A DNA stretch of 64,000 bases from Felis catus (Eukaryota). Position 1 is the stretch's first letter. Every line of letters begins with the position of its first letter. Of the stretch, positions 11,521-23,060 are shown one piece after another. Location: assembly GCF_018350175.1 (NCBI RefSeq), contig NC_058369.1, positions 1,242,001 through 1,306,000 of the forward strand, written 5' to 3'. Below the pieces are notes generated by a model. That model was not told the origin of the DNA. It searched no databases and saw only the letters and a list, made by a program, of their open reading frames with translations. The translations under genes and the position numbers were made by a program.

Positions 11521-12269
11521 TGCTCGAACGCCTCCCTAAACTTTTAGCCCCTCCCCCCAAATATAATGTTATCTTTTTCTTTTATCATTTGGCGAACCAT
11601 GGTTAGTATCTGAAGATCCTGGTTGTAACTTGGGTAATTTCATATTCATTTTATCCGCCAACATCAAATACATGCACGGACCCTGAGGGTAACGGCCGCA
11701 GCCGCTGAAATACCGCCGCTGGGAAATGAGCATCTAAGATCGCAGGCGCTGTTGCGGTGGCTGTGAATGCCTCGCCAGCTGATTGGGTCAGGGGAGGGGC
11801 ACGTGACCAGCCCTGGCCAATGGGTGCCACGCGTTTCCTAGCGGGGCCTTCCGACCAACCCGGTATCACAGGACCCACTTCTGGAGGTGGGGAGCCCGAC
11901 GCGGTCGCAGGGGCTGAAATGAAGGTGTTGGTTTGCCAACGGGCGCCTGTGCGCGCTGCCCCAGGAGGAACTGACGGAGGGTCTCCAGACTGGAGACGGC
12001 AGGCTTCATGAGCAAGGGACCTTCCTTACGAGGCTTGTCCAGCGCCCCGTAAAACGACTGTGCTCTGCCAGAATCTTAAAGCCTATATAGAGGCTCAGGC
12101 ACAGACCATCCAGACGGCTCAACACCACCTCCCTGTCTCCAGGCTGTGTCCTTGGGCAGCTTCAATGCAAGGAAGCGAGGGGAACCACTTTCCCGGGACA
12201 GGGGAGGGGGGTGGAGCCTCCAGATGCCGGGATCCAGCTCACAGGTCCGCCAGCATCACATCCACCCAG

Positions 12270-12610
12270 TGACCCCCCCCCCCAGTGACCTCCAACATGG
12301 GGGCAGGGCTGGCTCCTTCTGGAGGCTCCAAGGGAGAATTTATTCCTGCCTTTTTCAGCTTCCAGAGGCCACGCTACCCATGGGTTCGTGATTGCCTCAC
12401 TGTGACCTCCACTGTCACAGCTCTGACTCCAACACCCCCTTTTATAGGACGCTTGTCCCGTCATTGGGCCCTCTGGGGGAATCCAGGGTCACCCCCATGG
12501 CGGGGTCCTTAACATAATCCCGTCTGCAAGGTCCCTTTTGCCATGTGAGGTAAATATCTAGGAATTAGGAGGCGGACATGTCTGGGGGCTGCTCTTTGGC
12601 CCGCCACAGG
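12270..12610 (-). mobile_element. MLT1-type LTR
   Basis: ccttctggaggctccaagggagaatttattcctgcc...ctgcaaggtcccttttgccatgtgagg...ggaattagga. Confidence 0.75.
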
Positions 12611-12686
12611 GTGAACCGAAGGCTCTCTATTTTAATAGAGGCTCCATTCCCATTGAGGTGTGCCTTTGTTAGAACTCAGCAAATGT

Positions 12687-12904
12687 GGGGGTGCCGGGGG
12701 GGCTCAGTCGGTTAAGCCTGTGACTTCGGCTCAGGTCATGATCTCGCGGCCTGTGAGCTCGAGCCCCGCATCGGGCTCTGTGCTGACAACTCAGAGCCTG
12801 GAACTTGCTTCGGATTCTGTGTCTCCCTCTCTCTGCCCCTCCCCTGCTCATGCTCTGTCTCTCTTTCTTTCAAAAATAAATAAATATTTAAAAAATCGAT
12901 TTAA
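12687..12904 (+). mobile_element. Can-SINE
   Basis: TSD aactcagcaaatgt at 12673-12686 and 12905-12918. Confidence 0.95.
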
Positions 12905-12976
12905 AACTCAGCAAATGTACACTTAAGATTTATGAAAGTCATTGTGTGTACATTTTACTTCAAAGGAAAAAAATTC

Positions 12977-13060
12977 AGGGGTGCCTGGCTGGCTGGGGGT
13001 GCAACTTTTGATCTCAGATTCGTGAGTTTGAGCCCCACACCGGGTGCAGAGATTACCGAG
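12977..13060 (+). mobile_element. Short older Can-SINE
   Basis: ggggtgcctggctggct...gtgagtttgagccccacaccgggtgcagagattac. Confidence 0.75.
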
Positions 13061-14638
13061 AGGTGGCGTAATTATTCCAACTTTGCTAGATGTTTGCACA
13101 TTTTCAAAATCAAATGTTGGGGGGGGGGGGAATAACATTATTTTTCACCATCTGGGGCTCAGGCTCCGAAGGCAAGGACAAGGAGGTGTCCCCGAGGCTC
13201 TGCGGGAGCCAGGTTTACCTGCGGCGGCGGGAACCGCAGGCCCCAAGGTCGTCTGCGGGGCCTCGCGTGTTGCAAGAACTGCGCATGCGTCGTCCACCCC
13301 ACCACCGCACGGTCTGTCGCCGGTCTGGTCGGAATCGCTGCTGGGGCACTGGTTTGGGGGCGGGGTGGGGCCGGCCTGGTCCTTGCAGTGGGGTCTTTCC
13401 GTTCCTGATCGCGTTGGTGGGGCTGATGGCACATCAGGTGTTGCCTTTACTGTTTCTTTTTTTACATGATTCTTCTCTTACCCGTGTTTCTTCTTCTGTA
13501 TTCCGCATGTCCTTGCTCCGCCCCGAACCAGGAGCGACAGGGTTAGCTTCTGGAAGTCAGCTGGGACAGTACCGCCAGTGCTGGAGGTGACATCCAGAGA
13601 GATTCAGTCTGCTGTGAGTTTCAGTTGTTTTTAGCCCACGGGACACCTGCCTGGCCAGCTGCGTGGAAAGCAGCCACCCAGGCTGTCCGCGTCTTCCAGA
13701 CGGTTCCAGAGGTGCCTGGAACCTCTTCTAGGCCGGAGAGGTTTTGAGATTTGCCGGGAGCCCTGGCGGCTTCTTCGGCTTTGCAGATCCTGGGTGTTTG
13801 GCGACCTACAGGCAAACAGGACGCCGAGCGATCCTGCTGCTAATCTGCGTCATCCCTTTGGTGAGAAGACCAGGAACCTCCTTCACCTTTCCATCCTGCT
13901 CACTTTGTCAAAGTTCAGCTAGCCGGCCTGGGTGGAAGCGGTCTCTGAAAAGTTACGTTGTTGACAGTGGCATTATACATATATATTTGTGCTCTTACTT
14001 TTTCTAAACGTTTTTTCTGGTTCCATTGCGGAAAAAAATTTGAAACTTGCGGTCTCCTCTGAACCTCTGTGCTCCCCATAATCTACTGTACCCATGGTGT
14101 TGGGAAGTGTCCACAGGGCCTTTGCTTAGCATTTGCGCCTGCAGAAAAACTGTATGGCACTCTCGTGTTGATCCCATTGTAAATCTAAATAGACATCTCC
14201 CTGGAATAATTAATTACATGTAGCAGTGTGCTGTGTGGATAGTTCCCAGTGGCGGGGGGGGGAGAGTTGAAGCTTATTCAAGTCAGAAAATAGGAGATTC
14301 TATTACGTTAACTTCAGTATGGGAAATCCACATTTCCCAGATTTTTTTTTTTTTTTGTCTTTTTAGGAAAGATGTATTGTGAAACGTGTTAACATTAAAG
14401 TGAGAATTTAGTTCCAGTGGCTTTTATGATGACACTAATGGAGTCTAGAAATAGCTATGTCTTTAGGGAAGCGTGGTTTCGTTTTTGATTTTTATAGGTG
14501 CATACAAAGGAGGAATGGCCTCATGAATATTCTAACGTGTAAACTTAGCCTGCAGCTTTTGAAATGGAATGAGTTTGAGAAATTCAGAAAGTATAGCTGT
14601 ATAATCTTCATGTTCTTTTATAATAATTTGAAGTCCTT

Positions 14639-14798
14639 GGGGCACCTGGGTGGCTCAGTCGGTTGAGCGTCCGACTTCGGCTCAGGTCAGGATCTCACGG
14701 TTCGGGAGTTCGAGCCCCTCGTTGGTCTCTGTGCTGACCGCTCAGAGCCTGGAGCCTGCTTCGGATTCTGTGTCTCCCTCCCCCTCTGCCCCTCCCCC

Positions 14799-14840
<42 letters not shown>

Positions 14841-14851
14841 AATAAACAAAC
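14639..14851 (+). mobile_element. Can-SINE
   Basis: Typical head, long (CT)n, A tail. Confidence 0.95.
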
Positions 14852-15730
14852 GCTAATGGGATGGGGAAACAGAACCCCCTCTGGACAGGAGGAACACCAT
14901 CTCCTCGCAAAGGGAGCACATAGAAATGGGAGGGCTTTGTGGTGGTTGTGCAGTCCACCCAAGTTAGTCCGGTTGCTTGAAGTGCAGGTTCAGACAGAAA
15001 CTGTTGTGACTCCTGACACTTCTTACTCAGGCCATCAATTCTTGTCTGCCAGTGGCATTTTGCTCCTGGAGGGTCGGGAGGTCAGCTCTGAGCAGCTCAC
15101 CCTAGGAAGCAGAGGGAAGACAGTGGGAGCCATTCAATGCCTGAAGGTTTCACGAAGAGCCTTGCACATGCCCACCTGCAGTGGAATTTGTGCAGGGTGG
15201 TAAGTGAAGATTCAAGTGCACGCAGCCTGCTCAGCCGCACCCCATCTCCTCACACCCACGTTGACGTCGAAGGGCTTGTGAGCTGATACTCCCAAGAGTC
15301 TGCGACTCTTCCTGAGAGTATGGATTCAGGCAAAGGCTGGTAAAGCTGATGGGCACAGCTGACGGGGCTGAGTTAGGTGCGTTGCTGAAGGGGGGTGAGC
15401 AAACATGCTGGGTTCCTCTCACCCAAGCACAGCCTCGTACTGCTGATCAGGACTTCTCGAACAGCTACAATCACAAAGACAGGGGCGGAAGATGGACAGA
15501 GAGATCAGGAGCCCAAGACAGACGCTGTTAGCATCCAGGGGGGTGATTCAGGCTACAGGTGGTAGTGCAGGGCAGCGCAGAAAAAACGACGTCCTCGACA
15601 AATCACGCTGGGACAACTGGGTGTCACCACGGGGAAACACAACGTGACCCCTACCTCACACCATACTCAAAGTCAATTTGGGTGAGACTGTAGATGTAAA
15701 TAGGAAAGATAAAACGATAACCTTGAAAAC

Positions 15731-15938
15731 TTTTTTAATGTTTATTTATTTAGTTTGAGAGAGACAGAGCATGAGCGGGGGAGGGGCAGAGAGAGAGGGA
15801 GACACAGAACCCGAAGCAGGCTCCAGGCTCCGAGCTGTCGGCATAGATCCCGACATGGGGCTCGAACTCATGAACCATGAGATCATGACCTGAGCTGAAG
15901 TCGGACGCTTAACCGACTGAGCCACCCAGGTGCACCCC
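15731..15938 (-). mobile_element. Can-SINE
   Basis: Reverse-complement SINE body. Confidence 0.93.
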
Positions 15939-16062
15939 AGAACAATAACATTTTAGAAGATGATGTAAGATAATGCTTCTGTGGTGAGAATTTCTGAAAC
16001 AGGTCACGTAACAATAAAGGAAAAGAATGGTGTATTGGATTATATTAAAATTAAGAACTGTT

Positions 16063-16287
16063 GGGGCGCCTGGGTGGCGCAGTCGGTTAAGCGTCCGACT
16101 TCAGCCAGGTCACGATCTCGCGGTCCGTGAGTTCGAGCCCCGCGTCAGGCTCTGGGCTGATGGCTCAGAACCTGGAGCCTGTTTCCGATTCTGTGTCTCC
16201 CTCTCTCTCTGCCCCTCCCCCGTTCATGCTCTGTCTCTCTCTGTCCCAAAAATAAATAAACGTTGAAAAAAAAAATTTTTTTTTTTT
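16063..16287 (+). mobile_element. Young felid-type Can-SINE (SINEC_Fc-like)
   Basis: ggtggcgcagtcggttaagcgtccgacttcagccaggtcacg diagnostic; TSD aaattaagaactgtt at 16048-16062 and 16288-16302. Confidence 0.93.
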
Positions 16288-16927
16288 AAATTAAGAACTG
16301 TTAAAAAGGCAGCCCATCCAGAAAGTGAAAAGGCAGGACACACAGCGGAAGGTGTCTGTTCTATGTGCACCAAGTGGTTTGTCTCTGGGATCTACAAAGA
16401 GCTCCTGGAAATCGTTAAGAGAACATTAGGAAACCGGGTTGAATGCTGAGCTACACTTGACTAGATGAGCCACAGAGGGGGAACCCCAAATGGGCAACGA
16501 ATTATGAAAAGGTGTTCGGCCTTATTAGTGAGTAGGGAAACAGAACTTGAAATCACGGTGAGATAGCACTACAGACCCCACAGGCTGGGAAAAGAAATTC
16601 AGATGTGCTAATAAGAAACGATGGCAGAGGTGTGGGGCAGCAGGAACTGTTGTCAGGCTGGGAAGTGATAAACCAGGCCTCAATTTTGAGGAAGAGTTTC
16701 GCATTATGGAGTTTGAATGCACACAACTGCTACAGCCCGGCAATTCCATTCTTACGTCGTACCCTCGTGAATCACACGCAAACACAGAGCCCAGATATAG
16801 TCACAGCAGCATTTTTTAAATGTTTGGTAATCGCCCCAAACCAAAAACAACCCAAGTCAAATGGGTAAATAGCCTGATAGTGTATTCATACAATGGAATA
16901 TATACAGTCATGAAAATAAATACACTC

Positions 16928-17125
16928 TGGGCGCCTGGGCGGCTCAGTCGGTTAAGCGTCTGACTTCAGCTCAGGTCGTGATCTCACAGTTCGTGGGTTT
17001 GAGCCCCATATCCGTCTCTCTCCGGGGCTCTCTGCTGTCAGTACAGAGCCTGTTTGGGATCCTCTGTGTCCCTCTCTCTCTGTCCTGCTTCCACTTGTCT
17101 CAATCAATCAATCAATCAATAATAA
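16928..17125 (+). mobile_element. Can-SINE
   Basis: SINE head; tail decayed to (caat)n. Confidence 0.9.
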
Positions 17126-17349
17126 GAAACCAGACAGCACGAAGGACTTAGTTTGGTCTGTGAGGCGTGAGGCAGCATCACGGTCTCGTATGTAGGGACA
17201 CTGCATAGGATACTCGTACGTCCTGAAAGTTCTTCTCCTTTATGAGTTCGCGGGGAAGCGTCTGCGGAGGAGATGACCCACGTGTGGAGTGTGAGGGGGG
17301 CAACAGTCTGGATAGGGGTCATATGTTGGCTATAATCACTTATTTTTTC

Positions 17350-17572
17350 AAGTTTTTTAATGTTTGGAGGGGAGAGAGAAAGAGAGAGAGAGAGAAAGTC
17401 AGAGTGTGAGTGGGGGAGGAGCAGAGAGAGAGGGAGACACAGTATCCAAAGCAGGCTCCAGGCTCTGAGCCGTCAGCACAGATCCCGACACGGGGCTCGA
17501 ACCCACGAACCGTGAGATCATGACCTGAGCTGAAGTCCGACGCCTAACCAACTGAGCCCCCCAGACGCCCCG
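17350..17572 (-). mobile_element. Can-SINE
   Basis: Reverse-complement SINE body. Confidence 0.92.
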
Positions 17573-18260
17573 ATCTCTATTTATTTTTTAAACATCTTGT
17601 GTGTCCATGCCTGGCCAGAGAAGAGAGCGATGCATCTATCAGTAAAGGGTTTTATGTTTCAAGTGAAGACAACGACAACAAAAAGTTTTAGGTATATCCA
17701 AACACAAACTTTCTTACCTCATGCCATACATTTGCAAAGTCCCAGCTCTATAGCCAGATGGTGAGGACATCCCATTTGGTCCCAGTTAGATCAAGTTCCA
17801 GAACAGGTATAACTTCTATGGAGACGGAAATCAGGAAAATGGTTGTCTGGGGAGTGGAGGGAACTTTCCAGGGGCCAGAATGTTCTAGATTTCGATGGGG
17901 GTGTGGGTGACATACCCTCCTCAGTTGCCTAAACCCAGCCAGATGTGCTTAGGATCTGCGTACATCACTGTGAGTAAACTATATCTCAGTTAAGTTCAGC
18001 TGATGTGAAAATATGACATGTTTACCTGTGCTCTGGTGTCCTTTAGAGGACACAGACATTAGCTGTGAGGACACACCAGCCCCAGGGGTGACGAGGGAAG
18101 GACAGCAGGCCATTTTGTCTCATCTGATTGACACTTTACGCTGCTTGCTGACCAAACGCCTGTCCCCGGTCCCTTGCAGTGTCCTTGAGGAGGTGAGAAG
18201 GTGTCTGAATTTTGCATCCAGGGGTCTTTGGTTGGCGCCCAGCCCTGTTCAAGCTGGTGG

Positions 18261-18279
18261 TTGCCTCTAGGGGGCGCTG
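18261..18279 (+). promoter_or_regulatory. Candidate CTCF site
   Basis: TTGCCTCTAGGGGGCGCTG closely fits the CTCF core CCnCnAGRGGGCGC. Confidence 0.6.
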
Positions 18280-18334
18280 CTGACAAGCTAATTCCAGGAA
18301 TGGGGATTCGTTTGGGGGGAGGGGGGGACACTCT

Positions 18335-18564
18335 TTCTTTCTTTTTTTTTTTTTTTAATTTTTTTTAATGTTTATTTATTTTTGAGAGAGAGACAGAGTG
18401 TGAGTGGGGGAGGAGCAGAGAGAGAGGGAGACACAGAATCCAAAGCAGGCTCCAGGCTCTGAGCTGTCAGCACAGAGCCCGATGCGGGGCTTGAACGCAC
18501 AGACCGTGAGATCATGACCTGAGCCGAAGTCGGACGCTTACCGACTGAGCCACCCAGGTGCCCC
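18335..18564 (-). mobile_element. Can-SINE
   Basis: Reverse SINE flanked by repeated acactctttct. Confidence 0.93.
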
Positions 18565-18746
18565 AAGGGGGCACACTCTTTCTATGAAGCCATCATTGGG
18601 GAGCAGGGCAGGTGTCGTCCCCCGCACCCTTCTGCCCTGTCTCTAGGGCCTGGATCTCACACAGGGATAATATCATCCACACCAAAAATGCCTGACGCTG
18701 AACAGAAAAAAAAATGGAGGGTTAGCAGAAGATCTAGGGGGAGCTA

Positions 18747-19466
18747 GGAAGGGGACCAAGGCATGCTACCCCAAAAGCCGCCACTCTGGTGTAAGAATTA
18801 CTTTGAGCTGAGGGCGTCTGAGCTCCCGCAGTCCCTCATCTGCCGAAAACCAGAGGCTCCCAAAAGAACTCATTTGTCATAAATCCCTTCCAGGGAGCAA
18901 ACCCTCTTCTCGGAGAAGGGATGCTAGCACCCTCCCCAGACTTTGCCACAGACCATCAAACCTCCTGTCCACTCTCCTAACGGCCTGTTTATTTTTCCTA
19001 AAATTCGTTTGCTCTCCCGCAAGTGGCCTTTGTCACCTCCTTCTTCCTGTTACGGCGGTGTGTGAGCCTCAGACCCCATGCTTCCTTCGCACACTTACTA
19101 CTTTCCGTGATGCCTGAGCGCGTAAAACTAAAAATAAGCAACTTCGTATGGCTCCTGTTAAAATGTCTTTCATGGGGCGTCTGGGCGGCTCACTCGGTTA
19201 AGCCTCCGACTGCGGCTCAGGTCATGATCTCAACGGTTTGTGAGTTTGAGCCCCACGTCAGGCTCTGTGCTGTCAGGCCAGAGCCTGCTTCAGATCTTCT
19301 GTCTCCCTTTCTCTGCCCCTCCCGTGCTTGCTCTCTCTCTCTCTCTCTCTCTCTCAAAAATAAAACATTAAAAAAAAATCTTTTTTAATGTCTTTCACCA
19401 GTTTAATTCACACGTCCCCGGGTACAGAACATAAGAGGGTAGAGGAAGAGGTTTCCCTCCCCCACA
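18747..19466 (+). mobile_element. MER34-like ERV1 solo LTR containing a Can-SINE (~19174-19386)
   Basis: Start ggggaccaaggcatgctaccccaaaa...gaattactttgagctga, end gaacataagagggtagaggaa...cctcccccaca; SINE TSD aatgtctttca at 19162-19172 and 19387-19397. Confidence 0.8.
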
Positions 19467-20647
19467 CAACTGCTGTTTGTCAGTAATATCAGCTGTGGGT
19501 CGATGCTTCCTGGTTCCACTTGGCTTACATTAGCCTGGGCTGAAGGTGGAAACATTTCCAACCAGCCAGCCCAGCCTTCTCCTTCCTTGACATCCTGACC
19601 CGGGAAGGCACCTCCTCAAAGTGGGTCAGTGACCCCGAACGGGTGAGGCCCAGCCCAGTCGGGTGCCAGTGGGTTCTGTCTGGATTTAATCTCTGGGCCA
19701 TAGTCTCATGCCAAGTCAGACTACGGGATCTGCCTGGGCAAAGGACGGACTGTTCACCCACGGGGAGAAGGTGGCTTCCCTAGGTCACAAACTGATATGT
19801 GACTGGGTTTGGGGAAAGCAAGGGGACACCTTGGACCGAGACCAGCAGCTTGTTACGGAACTCTGGAGTCCAGCAGCGGTGGGCAGTGGTGTTGAGGCCA
19901 TAGGTGCGTCACGGGAAGGGGCGCGGGGCGTTGTACGCGCACAGAGTCTCATCTCAAATGACAGCGGCCATTCACGCCCGCGGGGCTCCCAGCGCCCCGG
20001 TCCAAGGATGGGCCCGAGCGCATGGAAACCACCAGATTTCGCCGGGTGGGCTCTGAACAAAGGTTTCCAGCCCAAAGTGCTAACTGGATTCGAATCGAGG
20101 CTTTGAGTCTAGCCTCCCGCCTACGGGAAGTTCAGCGGGTCAGAAAACAAGCCGAGCGACTCCTCTTGGAAGCCCGGAAGCCCGGGGGACCTGCCAGGAG
20201 GCGGTGTTTGCAGGAGCAGGGGTTTAGTCTCTGCAGGAAGTCGGGACAGGAGGGGGACTGATGGGTCCTGCACATGGGCACCTGCACAGAGATGCCCGAG
20301 CCTCCTCCAGCCAGTGGCCCCAGAGGCGCCAGACGGAGGCCACCGGCCCTCAGAAGCCCCACTCCTTGGCCGCCCCCGGAGCCTGGCTCACCCGGGCCTG
20401 TCCTGCCTCTGCGTGGGTGGGGGCCACATGAGAGCGTGAGCGTGGTGGGGAGCTATCCTGGGGGCCTGTGACCCACCTGGAGCAAAGGGACCAAACAGGC
20501 CCCCAAGTCACGGCAGGCGGCCTGGGTGGGACCTCGAGGGCAGGGGTTTGGTTTTTTTTTTATGAAATTTATTGTCAAATCGGTTTCCATACAACACCCA
20601 GTGCTCATCCCAACAGGGAGGGCAGGGTTTTAAATAGGTCTCCTGTT

Positions 20648-20869
20648 GGGGCGCCTGGGGGGCTCAGTCGGTTAAGCGTCCGACTTCGGCTCAGGTCACG
20701 ATCACGCGGTCTGTGAGTTTGAGCCCCGCGCTGGACTCTGTGCTGACAGCTCGGAGCCTGGAGCTGCTTCCGAGTCTGTCTCCTGCTCTCTCTGCCCCTC
20801 CCCCGTTCATGCTCTGTGTCTCTCTGTCTCCAAAATAAATAAACGCTAAAAAAAATTTTTTTTAATAAA
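20648..20869 (+). mobile_element. Can-SINE
   Basis: TSD taaataggtctcctgt at 20631-20646 and 20870-20885. Confidence 0.95.
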
Positions 20870-20984
20870 TAAATAGGTCTCCTGTCTCCCCTCGGGCCAC
20901 CTGTGCTGTCCCTGCTTTGCTCGCCTGCCTTCCCCTCTGGCTCCTGCCCCCCCCCCCCCCCCAGGCACTGCTAACACAGGAGCC

Positions 20985-21135
20985 TGGATGGTTCTCAGTT
21001 GTGGAGCGTCCTGGTCGCTGTGGGGGCCGAGCACACGCTCCATGCCAGGGGCACCCCAGTGTGACACCCCCGAGATGCCCCCAGACGTGGCCCAGTGTCC
21101 GGGGTGGGGGGCGGTTACCCCTGTTGAGAATCGTC
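20985..21135. mobile_element. MER20-like DNA transposon
   Basis: ggttctcag...cagtgtgacacc...cccagacgtggcccagtgtcc...cctgttgagaatc. Confidence 0.65.
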
Positions 21136-21462
21136 ACCCTACTGGATCTTCCCAGGGAACCCTAACAAAGAAAGCCTCCCCCCCCATGCCTGTCTCGCTA
21201 TGTGCTTCTGGGAAACCTGGCCCGGGAGAGGCAGCGAGGGGGACAACCAGGTTTGGGGCCTGCGCTTTCCGAATACGCAGAAGGGCGTCTGAGATTCAGT
21301 GAGACGGGTCTGATAAACGCACCGACTTGCTGACCACACTGCAGAGCAAAGTCTGTCCCCTACGCCACACGCGCTCCAGAGGCCGGCCCACCTCACGTTT
21401 TACAAGCTTCCAGGCTGACTGTAGCACTCCGGGAATGTTGACCAGGGAGGAGGATACAAGCG

Positions 21463-21487
21463 GGAATATTCTGGAATGTTCTGGAAG
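21463..21487. promoter_or_regulatory. Heat-shock element, five perfect alternating nGAAn units
   Basis: gGAAtaTTCtgGAAtgTTCtgGAAg. Confidence 0.7.
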
Positions 21488-22199
21488 CACTCCGCCCTTC
21501 TCAGGAAGGAGGTGCCCTCAGGAACCACAGTGACTGGGATCCTATTCCTTCCCTCCACCCCCCCTCCCCTTGAGGTATCTCTCCCAAGACGTGGAAAATC
21601 CAAAGTCCCCTGCATCACGAGTCTTTACTGGTGACACCTGGGGTTTGCGTCCCTCCCCGTCCCTCCCCCAGTTAAGAGCCGAGGCAGCAGAGGCCTGAGG
21701 GTTGTAATGTCCCTTTCCCCAGGGCAGCATTTGGGAGGGTCCCACGCGGGGCCCGGGTCACAGGAGCGAGCGGGAGGCCAAGTCCGCGAGCTCCGCAGAC
21801 CTTCACCGCAGAGGGCGAGGCCTGGACGGCGTCGTAGACGAGGAGGTCTCCACAGTAGGGCCGGGGGTGGATGGAGGAGAGGTTAGCAAACTGAGTATCA
21901 AGCGGCCAGAAGGGGGCCTCCCCCGCCCCCAGCTGCGGGCCCGAAGGAGACGGCAGGGTGGGGGGGGTCCCGCCTGCTGGCCACGCCCCCGCCCCGCCCA
22001 GTCCTGGCCCCTCCCCCCCGCCGCAGACCACCCACCCCAGACCAGGCTGGCCCCGAGCGCCCAGCGCCAGGCGGGTGACTCCACGGGTGAGATGCTCCCG
22101 ATCCTGTCCCCTCCCCCTCTGCCCGCTGGAAATGGGGGGGGGGGGAGGGGAGAGCCTGGGGGAGGGGTGGGGAGAAAGGGTCAGAGGCCCCACCGGCCA

Positions 22200-22650
22200 G
22201 AAATGTCCTTCCTGAGGCTGGGTCACATTCCAGCGTGTGGATGGACACATTGTGTTTGTCCTTCAGCCACGGACGGACGCTTAGGTCGTGTCCACCGTGT
22301 GGCCGCTGTGCCTACGTCCGTCCGTCCCCCCCCCCCCCCCCCCGCCGCCGTGGCTTTGTTGATCTACAATTCACCCATTTTAGGTGCACAACTCAGGGTT
22401 TTTAGTATATCCGCATAGTGTATACCCATCACCACAATCAATTCCAGAACCTTCCATCACCCCTAAAGCAGCCCCGTCCCCATCAGTCACCGCCCCCACC
22501 CCCTCCCCCAGCCCCCCGCGAGCCCCCTTCCTGTCCCCGGATGAGCCCGTTCTGGACGTTTCACACACGTGGACTCACACTCCGTGTGGCCTCTCGTGTC
22601 TGGGTCCCTCCCTGAGCATCGCGTGTTCGGGCTCCCTCCGCGGGGCAGAG
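22200..22650 (-). mobile_element. L1MB-type 3' end, GC-shifted (copy A)
   Basis: aattcacccattttaggtgcacaactcag...ttccagaaccttccatcacccc...ttctggacgtttcac. Confidence 0.75.
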
Positions 22651-22699
22651 GCTGCAGACACGCACCTGTCGACCTTGGTCCTGACCTGGGGGAGGGCCT

Positions 22700-23060
22700 G
22701 GGGACCTCTTCCCTCCGTCCCTGGGACCCGACCTGTCTTTGCCCAAGAGGATGTGCAGGCTCGAGCCTAGCAGTTTCTGCTTCCCTTCCCTGGGCTCACC
22801 TGGGCTTCCGGAAGCCATGCCAGAGAAGTGTGCCGTGCACGGAAAGTGCTGGAAGGCGAGCACTCTACAGAGACAGGCCACAAAGGTGGTGCAGCCAGAC
22901 ACGCGAGCGAAGAGCCATCTTGGAGGCGGTCCCTCTGGGTCGGGGACAAGCCGTCCAGCTGAGCCCTTCCCAGATTCCCGGCCCACAGAATCATGAGAAA
23001 ATTAAATGGTTGTTTTCAGCCGTGAGCTTTGGGATTCTTTGTCATGCAGCCGTGAGCTGG
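22700..23060 (+). mobile_element. MLT1-type LTR fragment
   Basis: cagctgagcccttcccagattcccggcccacagaatcatgagaaaattaaatggttgttttcagcc. Confidence 0.65.

Larger units (their letters stand above)
15530..16925 (+). mobile_element. Old L1 ORF2/3' fragment interrupted by two Can-SINEs
   Basis: gctgggacaactgg...cccctacctcacaccatac; ggtgtattcatacaatggaatatatacagtcatgaaaa. Confidence 0.8.

Noticed and set aside
11817..11832. ERSE-like CCAAT...CCACG
   Set aside because: The spacer is 5 nt; a canonical ERSE needs 9.
14420..14500. ATGATGA C-box suggesting an intronic C/D snoRNA
   Set aside because: No CTGA D-box or terminal stem at a suitable distance, and the putative intron is too short.
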